Positions 12,736 through 24,262 of a stretch of DNA of 64,000 nt are shown one piece after another. Each line of letters begins with the position of its first letter. Within the stretch, counting starts at the first letter, position 1. Source of the DNA: Mustelus asterias (taxonomy: Eukaryota); assembly GCF_964213995.1 (NCBI RefSeq), contig NC_135801.1, forward strand, positions 111,848,001 through 111,912,000. Reading direction: 5' to 3'. Both the position numbers and the translations under genes were made by a program. The notes beneath the pieces were generated by a model. It had not been told where the DNA came from. It saw only the letters and a program-made list of their open reading frames with translations, and made no database searches.

Positions 12736-14145
12736 CTTTATAAATAGAGGCATAGAAATCAAAAACAAGGAGGGTTATGGTGAACCTTTATAAAGAAAAT
12801 TGGTTGCACTGCTAATGTTCAAATCCTCATCATGGTCATTTGTCCAACATTATCTTCTAGCCATGTAACCAAAGTTTATGATTTAGGGCTTTCCACCTAA
12901 AAGTTTAATTGTGTCTCAGTCGGGGCTATGAGCATGTGAGACAAGAAACTAAAAATGTGGCATAGTTGCGCAAAATATTACATGACATTGTTTCCTGCAG
13001 GTTTCTAACCCTGGTCAATGAAGTAGGTAGTGAAATAGTGAACAAACGGCATTATGAATGGCTAGATAAATCACAGAAACTCAGAACACACAAGCTAGCA
13101 AAGGATTAGGGAATGGCAGACTGAATATTCTGATCTTGATCCACCAATGCCAGGAGAACAAGTGTTGCTAGATAATGTTTTGACTGAATGAGGCCAAAAT
13201 ATGTGTTTTTATTTGAACTAACAGTAGAACAAACTTAACCCAAAGTATCCAATTTACAACACTGGCCACTAGCAGTTTGCTTTTGATTGTCATTTACATC
13301 ACAAAAGTGTAAACACCCAATCTGCTTCAACAACAGCATAAAGTTCAAATGTGCACACATAGAAAAAACAATATAAAAATATTTTATAAAATTACAACCA
13401 TCATATCTTTACATGGAATGTTACATTGCAGACATTTCTCAAATACCTTTGTTTAGAAATCATACAGGAGCAAAGTATATAGCATTATATTGTTGAAAAG
13501 TGCCATCACAGTGAAATATTTATTCCCACAGACTCAAACAGCAAGCTGCCACACAAAATTCCAAAGTGAATAAAAAGTGAGCTGAAACAAAACTTTGGCA
13601 TAAAAGAATAATTTTAGTTTGTTTGTTTAAAAAGTAGCAGGATGAGTAATACAGTAGCATAGAAAAAGTAAAACTGGAAAACTCACTTCACATTTGATGA
13701 GTACTGACACCACAGAAATAGAGCTCTTAAACAACTACAAATGAGCAGAGCGGGGAAAAGCCCGCAATTTAATTATTGTTGCCAAAAAAAATTATCAGGC
13801 TGTGAACTGATTTCCAAGTATGACCAGTCCTCTGAAGGAAAATCAACATTATACATTGGAAATCTTTAACAATGAAAATGATGAGACTCTCAACCCAATG
13901 GACAGTGAGGGTTCAAATGGCTGATGTCATAGAAAGTCCACATTTAAATCTAGTACACTGATCTCTATACAGTATGTTTTAATTTGATTTTTAATTCAAA
14001 CTTCATGAGGAAACAAGACTGTTCTTCTCTTGCTCAATCATAGAATCAAGTGCACTTCATTAATTTCTTTGTATGGTTGCATCCTACTTTAAAACTGAAC
14101 GAAACTGCAACATATACTCCATTGCAATGTATCATAACTGCAATC

Positions 14146-14568
14146 CATAGAAACCATAGAAAATTACAGCTCAGAAACAAGCCTTTTGGCCGTTCTTGTC
14201 TGTGCCAAACCATTTTTTGCCTAGTCCCACTGACCTGCACTTGGACCATATCCCTCCACACCCCTCTCATCCATGAACCCGTCCAAGTTTTTCTTAAATG
14301 TTAAAAGTGACCCCGCATTTACCACTTTATCCGGCAGCTCATTCCACACTCCCACCACTCTCTGCGTGAAGAAGCCCCCCCCCTAATATTCCCTTTAAAC
14401 TTTTCTCCTTTCACCCTTAACCCATGCCCTCTGGTTTTTTTCTCCCCTAGCCTCAGCGGAAAAAGCCTGCTTGCATTCAGTCTATCTATACCCATCAAAA
14501 TCTTATACACCTCTATCAAATCTCCCCTCAATCTTCTACGCTCCAGGGAGTAAAGTCCCAACCTATCA
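14146..14568 (-). mobile_element. CR1 3' fragment downstream of the CORIN stop codon
   Basis: GLYSLERRRLRGDLIEVYKI...TRGHGLRV; tail (ttctatgg)n at 14146-14162. Confidence 0.9.
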
Positions 14569-15438
14569 ATGTTACAAAATAAATCTCTTTATTTTAAATG
14601 CATTGATCTACAATAACTAAAACATTTTGTTCTCTTTCTCGTACTTCAATAACTTGGTACGTAAATCTTTTAGGGAAGGAGCTGTTCACTGCCAGAAATC
14701 ATTTTTTTAACAAGTCTTCCAGTTAAATAACCATATACAAGATACTAATTGTATTTGATGTCAACATATAGAAAATATTCCACACTGACCAAAGATTAAT
14801 TATAAGAAAAGCTTTAGACTGACTGCTATGTAGAAATTAATCTAGAACTCCAATACTTTTGGCTCTCAGTTACACACTGAAGCAAAATAAACCCACTCTA
14901 TATATAGTTCTGTAATATATGAAAGAATTTCTTCCCCTCATAAGCATCCTCTGTGTGAGACAGTCTCACGAAGAATGCAGAAGCAACTTTTCCAAACAGG
15001 CCAAGTTAGAGGTAGCAAAGATTCCTCTTCACAGACTGTCTGATCTTACTTCCCAGAAGAATTTAATCAGGTCTTACAGTGCGTAGAGCTTTGGAATGGA
15101 TACACTGCAACTCTCACGTGGGAGCACAATTGACTGGTGTATTACATAATGGGATAAATATTTTGTTAAAGATCAATGAACTCCATTATTCTAAGAGTCA
15201 TGATTCCCATAATAACCCAGGTATCAGAGACACCATCACCTTGAAAGCAGTTTGGTGTCGTTATTCTTTATGAATTGCATTATTAGAGACTTTGGTGAAT
15301 GGGGAGAGGGCTGTGATGCAAGGGAAGAGGAATGATCATGTAGATGGTTTTGCAGTCCGTGCCAGCTGCCACATTTCTGCTTCTTGCTATTTAAGGTTTC
15401 ATATCGGATGCTGTTGTGTTGGTCTTTGACTTATTTAT

Positions 15439-15615
15439 TTATAAAAAAGTGTGGATGTAGATCTGCCTCTCAATCCACTCAACAAAATGAGTTACATTGC
15501 TGTAAACACCAGGTCCAAGGAGTTTTGTAAAGCATACCGATCCCCAAGATGTTAGACCAAATAATGTCCATCTCTTGCCAGGCTGTTCACAAACCAGAGG
15601 TCCTCCACTGTCACC
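15439..15615 (-). CDS. CORIN: CORIN last coding exon (catalytic Ser, GDSGGP...QIYIHTFL*)
   Basis: ttggtcag| acceptor; 59 codons including [27 protein letters not shown] and GPGVYSNV match the corin C-terminus. Confidence 0.97.
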   Translation of the reverse strand, partial: GDSGGPLVCEQPGKRWTLFGLTSWGSVCFTKLLGPGVYSNVTHFVEWIERQIYIHTFL

Positions 15616-16317
15616 CTGACCAACAGAAAGACAATGATGTTCAGGCAATTGAAATAGATACTATTAGCACACCTACAAAAACACTTCCACTTTACCTAGT
15701 TTAAAACTCATTTGGTCTAACCAGTTCCTTAATGAATGGTCACATGTCCTGATCCTGCTGCTATTTGAGATTGTAACAGCTAAAAGGTACTGCTGGTATG
15801 TGGGTGCAAGATATTCTACTTATTTTATATGTTGTGTATAATTGGATTTGTTTTATTATTGTCACATGTATTAGCATACAGTGAAAAGTATTGTTTCTTG
15901 CACACTATACAGACAAAGCATACCGTTCATAGAGAAGGAAATGAGAGAGTGCGGAATGTAGTGTTACAGTCATAGCTAGGATGTAGAGAAAGATCAACTT
16001 AATGCAAGGTAGGTCCATTCAAAAGTCTGATGGCAGCAGGGAAGAAGCTGTTCTTGAATCGGTTGGTACATGATCTCAGACTTTTGTATCTTTTTCCCGA
16101 CGGAAGAAGGTGGAAGAGAGAATGTCTGGGGTGCATGGGATCCTTAATTATGCTGGCTGCTTTGCCGAGGCAGCAGGAAGTGTAGACAGAGACAATAGAT
16201 GGGAGGCTGGTTTGCATGATGGATTGGGCTACATTCACGACCTTTTGTAGTTCCTTGCGGTCTTGGGTAGAGCAGGAGCCATACCAAGCTGCGATACAAC
16301 CAGAAAGAATGCTTCCT

Positions 16318-16440
16318 TTACATTGCTGTAAACACCAGTTCCAAGGAGTTTTGTAAAGCATACCGATCCCCAAGATGTTAAACCAAATAATGTCCATCTC
16401 TTGCCAGGCTGTTCACAAACCAGAGGTCCTCCACTGTCAC
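16318..16440 (-). pseudogene. Duplicated 123-bp fragment of the CORIN last exon inside a Rex1 LINE
   Basis: Direct copy of 15492-15614 (offset 826) with 2 mismatches by eye. Lacks the authentic acceptor and the 3' end of the exon. Confidence 0.92.
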
Positions 16441-16617
16441 TTGGTAAAGAATCGTAGCTGACATGCCAAATTTCCTTAGTCTTCTGAGAAGGTAGAGGCG
16501 TTAGTGGGCTTTCGTGACTATAGTATCATCAACATAGGGGACCAGGACAGGTTGTCGGTGATCTGGACATCTAAAAACTTGAATCTCTCAACCCTTTCTA
16601 CTTCGTCCCCGTTGATG

Positions 16618-16746
16618 CACTCACCTGATGAGGGAGCGGTGCTCCGAAAGCTCGGGCTACCAAATAAACCTGTTGGACTTTAACCTGGTGTTGTGAGACT
16701 TCTTACTGTGCCCATCCTAGTCCAACACTGGCAACTCCACATCATG
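16618..16746 (+). mobile_element. Penelope-like family A 3' end with hammerhead core, inserted in a Rex1 LINE
   Basis: tcac-ctgatga-gggagcggtgctcc-gaaa-gctc plus the family body and tail. Interrupts the Rex1 sequence gttgatg|tagat. Confidence 0.8.
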
Positions 16747-18516
16747 ATGTAGATAAGGGCATGTTCTCCTCTAAGCTACCTGAAGTCGATGACAATCTCC
16801 TTCATTTTGTTGACATTGAGGGAGAGATTATTGTCGCTGCACCAGTTCACCAGATTCTCTCATTCCTGTACTCTGTCTCATCATTGTTTGAGATCTGTCC
16901 CACTACAGTGGTGTCGTCAGCAAACGTGAAAATCGAATTGGAGGGGAATTTGGCCACACAGTCATAGGTGTATAAGGAGTATAGTAGGGGGTTGAGAACA
17001 CAGCCTTGTGGGGCACCGGTGTTAAGGATGATCGTGGAGGAGGTGTTGTTGCCTATCCTTCCTGATTGTGGTCTGTGAGTTAGGAAGTTCAGGATCCAGT
17101 CGCAGAGGGAGGAGCCGAGGCCCAGGCCACGGAGTTTGGAGATGCGTTTCTTGGGAATAATGGTGTTGAAGGTTGAGCTGTAGTCAATAAATAGGATTCT
17201 GACATAGGTGTCTTTGTTATCTAGGTATTCCAGGATTGCGTGCAGGGCCAGGGAGACGGCATCTGCTGCAGACCTGTTGCGACGATAGGCAAACTGTAGT
17301 CCAGGTAGTCCGGAGGCTGGAATTGATTGGTGCCATGACTAGCCTTTCAAAGAACTTCATAATGATGGATGCCAGAGCCATCGGATGATAGTCATTGAGG
17401 CACGCTGCTTGTTTTTTCTTTTAGGTACCAGGATGATGGTCACCAATTTGTCGTTGTACAAGATGCTGCATGTGAGTATTCTCTATGCAACGATTATGGT
17501 ACAACCATAACATATGTTGAAACACCTGCACCCTAGAGAAAACATTATTTCATTGACAGCTTAGATTTTGATCTCTGCTGTCAATTTCACAATGTTTGCT
17601 TGCTATGTGGTTTCAAGGGTTTGTGGGTTTTGTTATTGACAGTCTAAAGGGTCGGGATGATTGTGACCCAACAAAGGAACTAGACGTGTCAATGACCTGA
17701 AAAGAAATCCAACACTATGTGAAGGCGTTAAAATCATTCAATGCAGTAGCTTTCCCCTGTGAATTGAGTACAGCACAGTCCCTGGGAAGCTGCTGTGAAG
17801 ATGTTTCAGTACATTTCGCACACTTGCAGATGGGCAGCACAAACAAGCTGACCAAGGAACGGCAGGTGAGAAATCTGATAACCACAAGTGGATTTCTGAA
17901 TGGTGCAACCATGCAGGCACACCTAGTTAGCAATGAATTGTTATAATTAAACAAGCATATAGAGGCTATAACTAGTTAACTACATTCACCTGATGTAAAT
18001 GAAGTAACCAGATAATAAATAACAACTAACTATTAGTTGTAGTTGGACATCAATGATTTCAGAACAAATATATACTTGTGATTGGTATATGCAAATTACT
18101 TCTAAGATAAGCAAAGATATAATTGTGCATGCGATATATCACTCAAAGAATATACGCCACCTTGTGGAAGGCAGACTCCCTTGCTATAGCATGAATAAAC
18201 GCCGATTTAAAACTCTGAAAGCTTTTCTGGTCTGTCAAGGGTGTGAGGTACAAGTTTGTGGGCTGGCGGTGAAATTCTGTATCACTGCATCAGGACTTTT
18301 TGGTTTTGCAGAAAGTCCATTTCAAACATAGCAAAAATAATAAAGACTGATGCAAGTCACAGGATTGGCCCTTCTGGAAACTACCACCAGCAATTGCAAG
18401 AACCAAAGAATTCCTCTCAGCCTGTGGAATCTCACACCTCATTGTATAGACCCTTTTTATAATTACAAAACCAAGGGATTCTCAGATCAAAACTTATTAT
18501 GCCTACAGAACAAGTG

Positions 18517-20281
18517 TTGAACTTACTTAACGGCATCTATTCCTGACCCTGTGTCTGTGACGCTTCTGGCTGGCAGACTGCAACAAACTGACTGCCTCAA
18601 GGAGAGCTGTTCACTGACCTTTGAGCTGATCCAGTGGGCCCTCAAAACACTCCCAGAGAGTCCCAATTTTGTTACTCGGCAGGAACCAATGTTGCAAGCA
18701 TTGAAACATCTTGGGAGGAATCTTACAAGAATTTATCAAAGTGTCAGTTGAGAAACCTGGCATGGAATTCTCCTGCTTCACCAGCCAGTTTTCTTTCCAG
18801 ATTTTGTCACTTAACTAGCAAAATAAGAGTGGGCGTGGTTTGTGCTGCCACTCAGGCGAGGAGGGGACTCTCCAAGCTGGGAACCAGCTCCAATGGGATC
18901 AGGGCACTGGAGGAAAAAAATGAAATTCTCCCCCACGGAGGCTTCTGTGGCCTTCGGCCTCCTTATCCCAGATCATCGCTTGCATGTCTGCTCTCCCTAG
19001 CACCACATATAAATGAGTACCCGCACATGAGGTTCTGCCTAGGGCCTACCCCTAGCCTGGCCTGTGGGCACAGGTTGGCACTGCCAGGTTAGGAATATGG
19101 CAGTGCCAACCTGTGCCAAGGAGCCGTGCTGACGAAGGGGCAGCACTCCGAAAGCTTATGGTATTTGCTACCAAATAAACCTGTTGGACTTTAACCTGGT
19201 GTTGTGAGACTTCTTACTGTGCTTACCCCAGTCCAACGCCGGCATCTCCACATACAGAACTGTTAACAGACTCATTTCACACCTAGAACTGTTCAGGTCC
19301 ATTTCAACAATGGACTATTCAAGGAAAAATGGATGATGTTTGCATCTGGTTAGCTACTGCTCCAGCAGAGTTAGAGGGTCTGTCTAGTTAAGGGGTTCTG
19401 TGGAAGGTTGCCAGGGATTCCACACCCAGGCCAGACAGATTGATATAATTTGAACTCCATGATGGGCGTGAGCCTGATTTTAATACATTTCAATAAACTT
19501 AAATATATTTATACACTCCGCTTGCCAAATTATCCCTCCTCATTAGATTTTCATACCTCTCTGACCCCAAATGTGAACCTGTCGTGGGGATCTTCCCAGG
19601 AGCGCAAAGGTCACTTTCGCCCCCAGGGGAGAGAGACATGACCAGGCAGTGCCCTGACATTGCCCCCAGCACGGCTCCTTGGCACAGGTTGGCACTGCCA
19701 TATTCCTAACCTGGCAGTGCCAACCTGTGCCCACAGGCAAGGCTAGGGGTAGGCCCTAGGCAGAACCTCATGTGCGGGTACTCATTTATATGTGGTGCTA
19801 GGGAGAGCAGACATGCAAGCGATGATCTGGGATAAGGAGGCCGAAGGCCACAGAAGCCTCCGTGGGGGAGAATTTCATTTTTTTTCCCCAGTGCCCTGAT
19901 CCCATTGGAGCTGGTTCCCAGCTTGGAGAGTCCCCTCCTCGCCTGAGTGGCAGCACAAACCACGCCCACTCTTATTTTGCTAGTGAAGTGACAAAATCTG
20001 GAAAGAAAACTGGCTGGTGAAGCAGGAGAATTCCATGCCAGGTTTCTCAACTGACACTTTGATAAATTCTTGTAAGATTCCTCCCAAGATGTTTCAATGC
20101 TTGCAACATTGGTTCCTGCCGAGTAACAAAATTGGGACTCTCTGGGAGTGTTTTGAGAGCCCACTGGATCAGCTCAAAGGTCAGTGAACAGCTCTCCTTG
20201 AGGCAGTCAGTTTGTTGCAGTCTGCCAGCCAGAAGCGTCACAGACACAGGGTCAGGAATAGATGCCGTTAAGTAAGTTCAA
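18517..20281. repeat. Large inverted duplication: arms 18517-19131 and 19667-20281, 535-bp spacer
   Basis: Mirror ORF pairs in the track share the coordinate sum 38798. Boundaries were read base by base; about 5 mismatches seen. Confidence 0.95.
19129..19253 (+). mobile_element. Penelope-like element 3' end (family A) with hammerhead core
   Basis: ctgacga-aggggcagcactcc-gaaa-gctt followed by ccaaataaacctgttggactttaacctggtgttgtgagacttcttactgtg and the tail cccagtccaacgccggcatctccacat, shared with other copies in the window. Confidence 0.8.
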
Positions 20282-20562
20282 AGAAGTGGGCAGAGAAATA
20301 GGCTCCAAATTAAAGAAGAGCTGCAGTTAGCAGACTGACTCTACTGTGTGTGTGGCTGGGGCAAAAGTACACTTTTGGAGCAGTGGTGTTCTGATTAGCA
20401 AGGATATAGATATGAAAGTGTGCTTATAAGCAAAAGTTGAATGTACTTGGGAATCCAGAAAGAAGGAATGATTAACATTGGGAATTTCAACACGTGTGAC
20501 TGATAGGACAGAAGAGGCCTTCCACAGCTAAAGTGGAAAAGGAGATTCAGTTTTGGAGAAAA

Positions 20563-20878
20563 GGGGTGGCACAGTGGTTAGCACCGCTGCCTCACAGCTC
20601 CAGGGACCCAGGTTCAATTCCAGCCTCGGCTCACTGTCTGTGTGGAGTTTGCACATTCTCCCTGTGTCTGCGTGGGTTTCCTCCAAGTGCCCCAGTTTCC
20701 TCCCACAATCCAAAGATGTGCAGGTTAGGATGATTGACCTTGGTAAATTGCTCCTTAGTATTAGGGGAACTAGCAGGGTAAATATGTAGGGTTACAGAGA
20801 TAGGGTCTGGGTGGAATTGTGGTCAGTGCAGACTCGATGAGCCCGGTGGCCTCCTTCTGCACTGTAGGGATTCTATGA
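20563..20878 (+). mobile_element. HE1/V-SINE
   Basis: Full head, V-domain and ggattctatg tail. Confidence 0.85.
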
Positions 20879-21635
20879 ATCTTGGAAGTGAAGATTGAAA
20901 CCCTGTGAGATGGACCTCTTAAAGTCATCCACGCGGGAGCAACTTTCAGAGAAAATTCCAAGGAGAGATCTTCAAAGGTGAAGCTGGGAATCTCTCTTGA
21001 GACAGAGAGTTTCAACGGGATTGTCTAATGTGGTATTTGATGATGTGTGAATGGATTCCTGTGAAATCTAAGGACTCTGTCTTGGTTGCATCTGTCCTTT
21101 ACTCTGTAGTATGGTGTCTTCAACCACTGTTCATCTGTTAATTCACCTTTACCTCAAATTTACCCTGAATGTTAAAGTATAAGATGCATATTGTAAACTG
21201 TTTTATCTTTCTGAACTTGCATGGTAAAGTTTATTTTTGTTTATTCAAAACCTGCGGGATCTTGTGGCTTTATTCCAAAAGCAGGTGACTTGAATCTCAA
21301 CCTCTATCTGCTTTAAACAAAACATTATTGGTCCCAAACCAGATCTTCCTCACGTCTAAGGGTCTGGCCAAGAATCATAAGGTCAAGTCAACAGAATCCC
21401 ATACACTCATTTTTATTGACAAAAGTACGAGTTATGGGCAGCACTTCAACTAAAGCCCTGAAATTTAAAGACTCCGTTACGCCTACCGCTGCCAATGAGA
21501 TTAAATAATTTTCACAAAGCTCAGTGCTTAAGTGTTTCTGAGTGCATGTTGGAATGATTTTGTTTCTAACCTGAACCTCGATGAACAAGTTAACAAAGTG
21601 ATTCATACAGAATTGGTCTTTATTAACCCGCTTAC

Positions 21636-21769
21636 CATGCAAGAGTCCACTGTTCCAGGTTCGTAGCCTGCACATAACATTCGAGAAGTGATTGTTTTAG
21701 TATCAAAGTATGACTGGCAACGATCAAGTGAGAGAATGCGGACCTCTCCTTCCTGGAGTTTGAATGGAA
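21636..21769 (-). CDS. CORIN: CORIN penultimate exon (protease domain, S1-pocket Asp)
   Basis: ttttattgcag| ... |gtaag. Translates (V)PFKLQEGEVRILSLDRCQSYFDTKTITSRMLCAGYEPGTVDSCM. This reading frame is not in the supplied ORF track. Confidence 0.96.
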
Positions 21770-22424
21770 CTGCAATAAAAGTTGAGAGAACGTTAAGATT
21801 GGTAACCTGTTACTGTACCTCAAATTTAGAATATATTGTAGCTTTCCATTTCATGATGTACATTTTACTCTGTGTAAACTCTGGCCATAAGCATTTGAAG
21901 TGTGAGGGGTTAATTTGTCCAGTGCCCACAGTTGAAGTACAATATACAGGGAATAATGTCGAGCCATTGCTATTCTGACATATTCGGGCAGCCTGGTGGC
22001 ACAGTGGTTAACACTGCTGCCTCAGGGCACCAGGGAAGGGAGGAATGGCAATGCAGTCGATGTAATTTGCCTGGGTTTCCTCTGGTAGGAAAGAACATAA
22101 CTAGAGGTCATCTATATTTGATAGTCACCAAGAAATCCAATAGGGAATTGAGAAGAAACTTCTTTACCCAACAAGTGGTAAGAAAGTGGCTCCCAAAGGG
22201 AATGGTTGAAGCAAATATTACAATTCATTTAAGAGAAAATTACATAAGCAGATGAGGGAGAAGGGATTGGATTGTTACAAAGAGGAAATATTTAAATGAG
22301 GAAGGGTGGAAGGAGGTTTGAATGGAGGATAAACATCAGCATGAACTGGTTGTGGCAAATGGCCTGTTTTTATACCATATATCCAATGTTATCCTATGCG
22401 TCCACATTGTGGTCTAGAGTTTGC

Positions 22425-24040
22425 ATCAGTATTCATAAAGGAGAAGGACATGGTGGATGGTGAGTCTAGAGGGGTATGTTGATATTGTAAGACATGTTTT
22501 GCAAAGCATTAAGATAGACAAGTCCCCAGATCCTGATGGGAGTTATCCCAGAATGCAGAGAGAGGCGAGGGAGGAAATTGCTGGGGCCTTGTACAAAACC
22601 TTCGTATCCTCTTTAGTCACAAGGGAGTTCCCAGAGGACTGGAGAACAGCCCATGTTGTTCCTTTGTTTAAGAAGGGCAAGAGAGATAATCCGGGAAATT
22701 ACAGGCCAATGTGCCTTATGTCAGTGGTAGGGAAATTATTGGAGAAGATTCTTAGGGACAGGATTTACTCACATTTGGAAAAATATGGACTTATTAGTGA
22801 TAGGCAGGGTGGCTTTGTGCAGAGGAGGTTGTGTCTCACAAACTTGATTGATATTTTTGAGGAAGTGACAAATGAGGGCAGGGCGGTGGATGTTGTCTTT
22901 GGACTTGAGCAAGGCCTTTGACAAGGTCCCTCATGGCAGGCTGATACAGAAGGTAAAGTCAAATGGGATCAACGGTGAGCTGGTAAGATGGATACTGGCT
23001 TGGTCATAGAAGACAGAGAGTAGTGGTGGAAGGGTGTTTTTCTGACTGGAGATCTGTGACCAGTGGTGTTCCGCAGGGATCAATACTGGGACCCCTGTTG
23101 TTTGTAATATATATAAATGATTTGGAGGAGAATGTAGGTGGTCTGATTAGTAAGTTTGCAGACAACACAAAATGTAGGGGAGCTGCAGATAGTGAGGAGG
23201 ATTGCCAGAGAATACAGCGGGATATAGATAGGCTGGGGATTTGGACGGAGAAGTAGCAGATGGAATTTAATCCGGACAAATGCCAAGTGACGCATTTTGG
23301 AAGGTCAAATGCAGGAGGGAAGTATACAGTAAATGGCAGAACCCTTAGCAGCATTAACAAACAGAGGGGTCTAGGCATACAGGTCCACAGTTCCCTGAAA
23401 GTGGCAACACAAGTGGATAAGGTGGTCAAGAAGGCGTTTGGCATGTTTGCCTTCATCGGTCAGGGCATAGAGTATAAAAATTGGCAAGTTATGTTGCAAC
23501 TGTATAGAACTTTAGTTAGGCCGAATTTGGAATATTGTGTACAGTTCTGGTCGCCACACTATCAGAAGGATGTGGAGGCTTTAGAGAGGTACAGAAGCTT
23601 TACCAGGATGTTGCCTGGTTTGGAAGGTATTAACAATGCGGAGAGATTGGACAAACCTATTTGTTTTCATTTGAACCTCGGAGGCCGAGGGGGTGACCTG
23701 ATAGTTTACAAAATTATGAGAGGCATGGATAGAATGGATAGTCAGAGTCTTTTTCCCAGGATAGAAATGTCAATTAGTAGGGGATATAGGTTTAAGGTAA
23801 AAGAGGGAAAGTTTAAAGAAGATGTGAGAGGCAAGTTTTTACAGAGTTTGGTAAGTGCCTGGAATGCGCTGCCAGAAACGTTGGTAGAAACAGATACAGT
23901 AGCAACGTTTAAGAGGCGTCTCGACAGATACACGAATAGGAAGGATAGAGGGATATGGACCGCGTACAGGCAAAAGGTCCTTAGTTTCAGCACAGGCTTG
24001 GTGGGCCAAAGGGCCTCTTCCAGTGCTATACTGTTCTTTC
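22425..24040 (+). mobile_element. CR1 LINE (RT region, 5'-truncated, disrupted)
   Basis: ORF fragments PGNYRP..L.SVVGKLLE, SGVPQGSILGPLLF, KFADNTK and LEYCVQFWSPHY. Confidence 0.92.
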
Positions 24041-24062
24041 TTTCTGCAGGTTTATCAGCGCA

Positions 24063-24262
24063 ATCATAGAAATCATAGAAACCCTACAGTACAGAAAGAG
24101 GCCATTCGGCCCATCGAGTCTGCACCGACTACAATCCCACCCAGGCCCTACCCCCATATCCCTACATATTTTACCCACTAATCCCTCTAATCTACGCATC
24201 CCTGGACACTAAGGGGCAATTTTAACATGGCCAATCAACCTAACCCGCACATCTTTGGACTG
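24063..24262 (-). mobile_element. HE1/V-SINE 3' half
   Basis: Reverse-complement tail (atcatagaa)n and body. Confidence 0.8.

Larger units (their letters stand above)
15841..17443 (-). mobile_element. Rex1/Babar-type LINE, 5'-truncated and decayed
   Basis: RT C-terminal motifs (SILSGCIAAWYG...[24 protein letters not shown]) and 3' end catgtgacaataata. Homologous to 57644-59524. Confidence 0.8.

Noticed and set aside
15999-16397. 132-aa ORF as a CORIN-LINE fusion protein
   Set aside because: The CORIN-derived part is read out of frame and the rest is decayed Rex1 RT. I see no promoter or splice support.
18634-20164. Twin 152-aa ORFs on opposite strands as a novel gene pair
   Set aside because: They arise from the inverted duplication. 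They have non-ATG starts, no recognisable domain, and lie in repeat-derived intronic sequence.
20290-21380. Possible solo-LTR relics (also about 7115-7850 and 36930-38380)
   Set aside because: The composition is suggestive, but I could not define TG..CA termini, a TSD or a second copy by eye.
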